The position numbers and the translations under genes are program-made. Shown piece after piece: positions 60,449-64,000 of a stretch of DNA of 64,000 nucleotides (position 1 is the first letter of the stretch; every line of letters starts with the position of its first letter). The stretch is from Phaeosaccion multiseriatum. Its lineage: Eukaryota > Protista > Ochrophyta, other classes. Below the pieces are notes generated by a model. That model had not been told where the DNA came from, did no database searches, and saw only the letters and a program-made list of their open reading frames with translations. The stretch spans positions 682,001 to 746,000 of the forward strand of contig OZ218965.1 of assembly GCA_965112735.1 (NCBI GenBank). Direction: 5' to 3'.

Positions 60449-63400
60449 TCATCTTTTGGTCCTCTTGGCTGTGGCGGCGGAGCTGCTGCTGCTACTGCTG
60501 CTGGTACTGGCACTGCTGCCAGCCCTTCGCTTCGGCTTGGCCTTTGCAGGCTTCTTGTCGCGCGTGCCACGCTCGGCCTCTCGCGCCTTCTCGATGAGGG
60601 CGAACACCTTGACAGAGACAGACAGAGAGAAAAGAGAGCAGCAAATCACAAAACACCATAGACAGAGAGAGAAAGAGGGCAGCCACCATACCAAAGATAG
60701 GGCAGCAGAGATTGCACACTCACTCACTTAGCACCCTCCACCACTTTACTCCCTCCCTCCCTCCCTCCCCCCCTCCCTCCCTCCCTCCCTCCCTCCCTCC
60801 CTCCCTCCCTCACTCACTCACTCCCTCCATCCCTCCCTCTCTCCCTCACCTTCTTCATCCCGGTGGTGACCCCGACCGCGCGTAGCTCCGTCTCATCCAT
60901 CCAGCGCATATCTCTCCCGGACACACTCCTCCACACCTCCTCCACCTCCTCCCTCTGCCCCCCCTCCCCCTGCCCCTCTGGGTCACTCGTAGGAGTCGAC
61001 ATGAGGCGTATCCACTCCACGTGCATGGTATGTCGGAGGTGGCTGAACACATGGACGAGTACCCCCACGTCTTGTCGCTTGTCCACATCGCTTGGGTCAA
61101 GGCTCAGGCCCACCTCCTCCTGCAAGAAGGCGTGCCTTTTCCTCCGCCGTTCTTCCTCCTCCTCCTCCCCTCCCTCCTCATCCTCCTCCTCCTCCTCCTC
61201 CCCCCCCTCCTGGCCCGACCCTGCGTCCTTCTGCTGCTGCGCCTTAAGCTTCTTTGTACCCTTTCCTCCTCCGGCCCCCTTCTTGATAGGTTTGCCCTGC
61301 ACCAGACGTCGTTTCGCGATACAGTAGAAATACATAGGGAGAGCACGCTGAGCTAAGTTGGATGGGTGCAAGGGGTCAGAGCTTAGCTGGATGGATACAC
61401 GAGGGGTCGCTGATAAAAGTATAAGGAAGGAAGCCAAGGGAGAGGAGGGAGTGCTCTGATCGAGAAGCTCTCAACAGCATCTGTCACAGAAGCGCTTCTC
61501 TCCCGACCCGAACACACAACACACATACATACACAAAAGGAATCGCCTCCACGGCCGCAGCTTCACGACGTTGCTGTTGTTTGCTTGTTGCTTTACCTTT
61601 GTAGCCTTGACCTTCACCTTGGCCTTGCTGCTGACGGTGCTGCTGCTTCCCGTGCTGCCGGTGCCATCGTCCAATACGAGCGCTGGGCACTCCCATTGCC
61701 CCTCCAGCAACCCTCCTTGCGGCCGCTTCATGACCAGAAACTTGGGGGCACTTGAACCCCCTCTACTCCTCTCCACCACGCTAACCTGTCCAGCGGTGGG
61801 CAAGGGGTGGCGAGAGGAACCGAGGGGGGGATGGGGGTCAGCAGGGCCCGTCGGAGGGAGCAACATGCAAACACCACAAGAGCACACTTCAGAATGCACC
61901 CCTCCACCCACCCCGCCCACTTGAACTTGAACTGAGCTCCTCCTCAGGCCGGCGCTGATTTCCACACAAGTGCAACTTCAACGCACCGTCAGCAGTTGAG
62001 GTGTGGGGGGCTTGCGCGCCGCCTTCCGGGGAAAGTCTGTAACCGCTTCGGGGAGTAACGCATTACCGCACTCCTCTACATCACACACCGTACATGTGCT
62101 TCTACTGCTGCTGCTATCGTCATCGCTGTCCTCCTCCTCCTCCTTGTCGCCGTCCTCCTCGGCGTTTCCGTTAGAGGAGACCCCCCCTCCCTGCTCCTTC
62201 TTGCTATTGTTCTTCTCTGTGCTGCTGCCGCCGTCGCTCACCAGCCGCAGCGCGAGGCAGTGCTCCTTGATGGGACAGGCCGAGCAGTTGGGACTCTTGA
62301 CGGTGCACAGCGTGGCCCCAAGTTCCATGAGAGCCTGATTGAAGTCCCCTGTAAGCGGCAAGCGGAGCCGGAGCCGGGTGAACGGTCGTCAGTTGGTCAG
62401 TCAGTCAGTCAGTCAGTCAGTCAGTCAATCAGTCTGTCTGTCTGTCAGTCAGTCAGTCAGTCAGTCAGTCAGTCAGTCAGTCAGTCAGTCAGTCAGTCTG
62501 TCTGTCAGTGAGTCAGGCGGAGAGCGGCCGTCGCCAGACCACCAACACCACTTTGCTGCCGTGGCCGGATATACCGATACACTTATGATCGACGCTGCTC
62601 ATCTCGATGTGTAGATAAACACCGAGGTCAATAAACTGAAACTGAAACCCGACCCAACCCACCCTGCCCCCACCTGGTCTCTGCTTGTCCACGAGGCTCC
62701 TGGCCATCTCCCAACAGAGAGCATTGAGGTCTGACTGTTTGGGGTCCGAGCCCACGGCCCGGAGCCTGCTGAGTACTCGAATCACGTTACCGTCCACCAG
62801 GGCCTCCACTTGTCCGAAGGCGATGGAGCTCACCGCGCCTTCACATACATCGCATAGAAGAGGGTACGGAGTGTTGATTGGGGAGTGGGGTGCGGTGATA
62901 AGAATCAGAAACAGACGCTTCACTCACGAGCATTATTATGACAAGGTACATTGTGCCGAAGAAAAGTGAAGATGAAGTAAGTATTCCCTACCAGCGGTGT
63001 ACGCTCCAATGCCGGGTATTCTTTTGAGTTCGATCACGGTGGAAGGAAGCTTCCCCCCGAAGTCTGAAACGACCGTCTTGGCCCCGTTGTGCAGCATTTT
63101 GGCACGGCGGTAGTAGCCCAGACCGGCCCACATGGCATTCACGTCGTCTGCAGAGATGGAGAGAGAGAGAGACAGAGAGAGAGAGGGCGAGAGATAGGGA
63201 GAGAGGGAGGGAGAGAGGGAGAGAGCGAGAGAGAGAGTCAGAGGAGAGCGAGAGAGAAAGCGGCAGAATACGCTGAGAAAGGAGAGAAGTGAGGGAGAGA
63301 GGGAGAAAGCATGCACGCACGCACATACGCACCAAGCTCGGCCTCCGCCAGCGCCTGCACGGTGGGGAAACGCCTCATCCAGCGCTGAAAGTAGTCGATG

Positions 63401-63987
63401 ACCGTCTCCACACGGGTCTGCTGAAGCATAATCTCAGACACCCACGTCCCGTAAGGACTCCGGGGAATGGCAGCAGCAGTGTCGGCAGTGCTGCTGGTGC
63501 TGGTCATGGACAAGCCGGTTGCACCGACCTCTCCACTCTCCTCGTCGTCTATTTCTATAGCCATAGACTCCGTTTTTCCTGCAGCTGGCGGGCCGGGCTT
63601 GAAGAACGAGCTGATTCGGCCCTGCTGGGTATCCTTTGCCGCAGCTGCAATCACTGCAGCCGCCTTCCCCTTCTTCTTGCCCCCCCCTCCTGTTGCTGGT
63701 GCTGCTGCGGCTGCATCTTTGGCGGCTGCATCTTTGCTCCGCGTCCAGGGTGGGTCATCCCCTCGCCATGGAAGCTTCCGCCGCTCCTTGTCGTACCACT
63801 GGGTCAACTTGTGCCCAATCAAAGCCACCTCCTCTTCCGAAAAGGTGTGCAGCTCGGGCGAGTGTTTTAGGTACTCGCCCACTAAGCCGCTGTTCCGCCT
63901 CCCCACGGCCGGGCCCATAGTGAGAGAGAATGCTGAAGAGAATCTACCCCGCACACCTAAGGACAGCAGGACAATTGTAGCCCTCAT
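60449..63987 (-). CDS. MUTYH: A/G-specific adenine DNA glycosylase (MutY/MUTYH), 7 exons
   Basis: [35 protein letters not shown], Hh[45 protein letters not shown] (4Fe-4S), [20 protein letters not shown]. Confidence 0.95.
62397..62516. repeat. (CAGT)n = (CTGA)n on the MutY sense strand, upstream of an acceptor
   Basis: Direct reading. Confidence 0.9.
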
Positions 63988-64000
63988 TCATTTTTTGAAA

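Noticed and set aside
61530-61600. Possible GC donor in MutY (TGGAG|GCGATT)
   Set aside because: A canonical phase-0 AAG|GTAAAG donor at ~61596 joins the next exon in frame.
1-64000. tRNA, rRNA, snRNA genes and telomeric arrays
   Set aside because: None recognised by eye; tRNAscan-SE/Rfam would be needed to exclude them.

Overview
Eukaryotic, intron-rich, GC-rich protist DNA. It is probably a stramenopile alga, inferred from gene content and microsatellite-packed introns; this is not certain. 1-18283 (+) is the 3' part of one giant modular type I PKS. The five long ORFs join through four GT-AG introns into >=5892 aa: [..]DH-ER-KR-ACP | KS-AT-KR-ACP | KS-DH-ER-KR-ACP | KS-ACP. It ends not in a thioesterase or reductase but in a membrane-embedded, three-repeat Pls/PosA-type (epsilon-poly-lysine synthetase-like) terminal domain; this is the most striking system in the window. 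Downstream lie: a SAM-PDZ-PH-FN3-DUF676 scaffold whose lipase nucleophile is lost (+); a coiled-coil/poly-Gly/poly-Glu/PH protein (-); a ~21 kb unconventional myosin with a very long helical tail (-); peroxisomal 2,4-dienoyl-CoA reductase (+); a structured non-coding stretch; a WRKY19-like zinc-finger repeat gene (-); mitochondrial ribosomal protein L27 (+); and MutY (-). Many introns contain microsatellites that are tandem copies of splice signals, plus two dispersed ~14-bp motif families. Gene models were assembled by eye from splice signals and protein motifs; no database searches were run.
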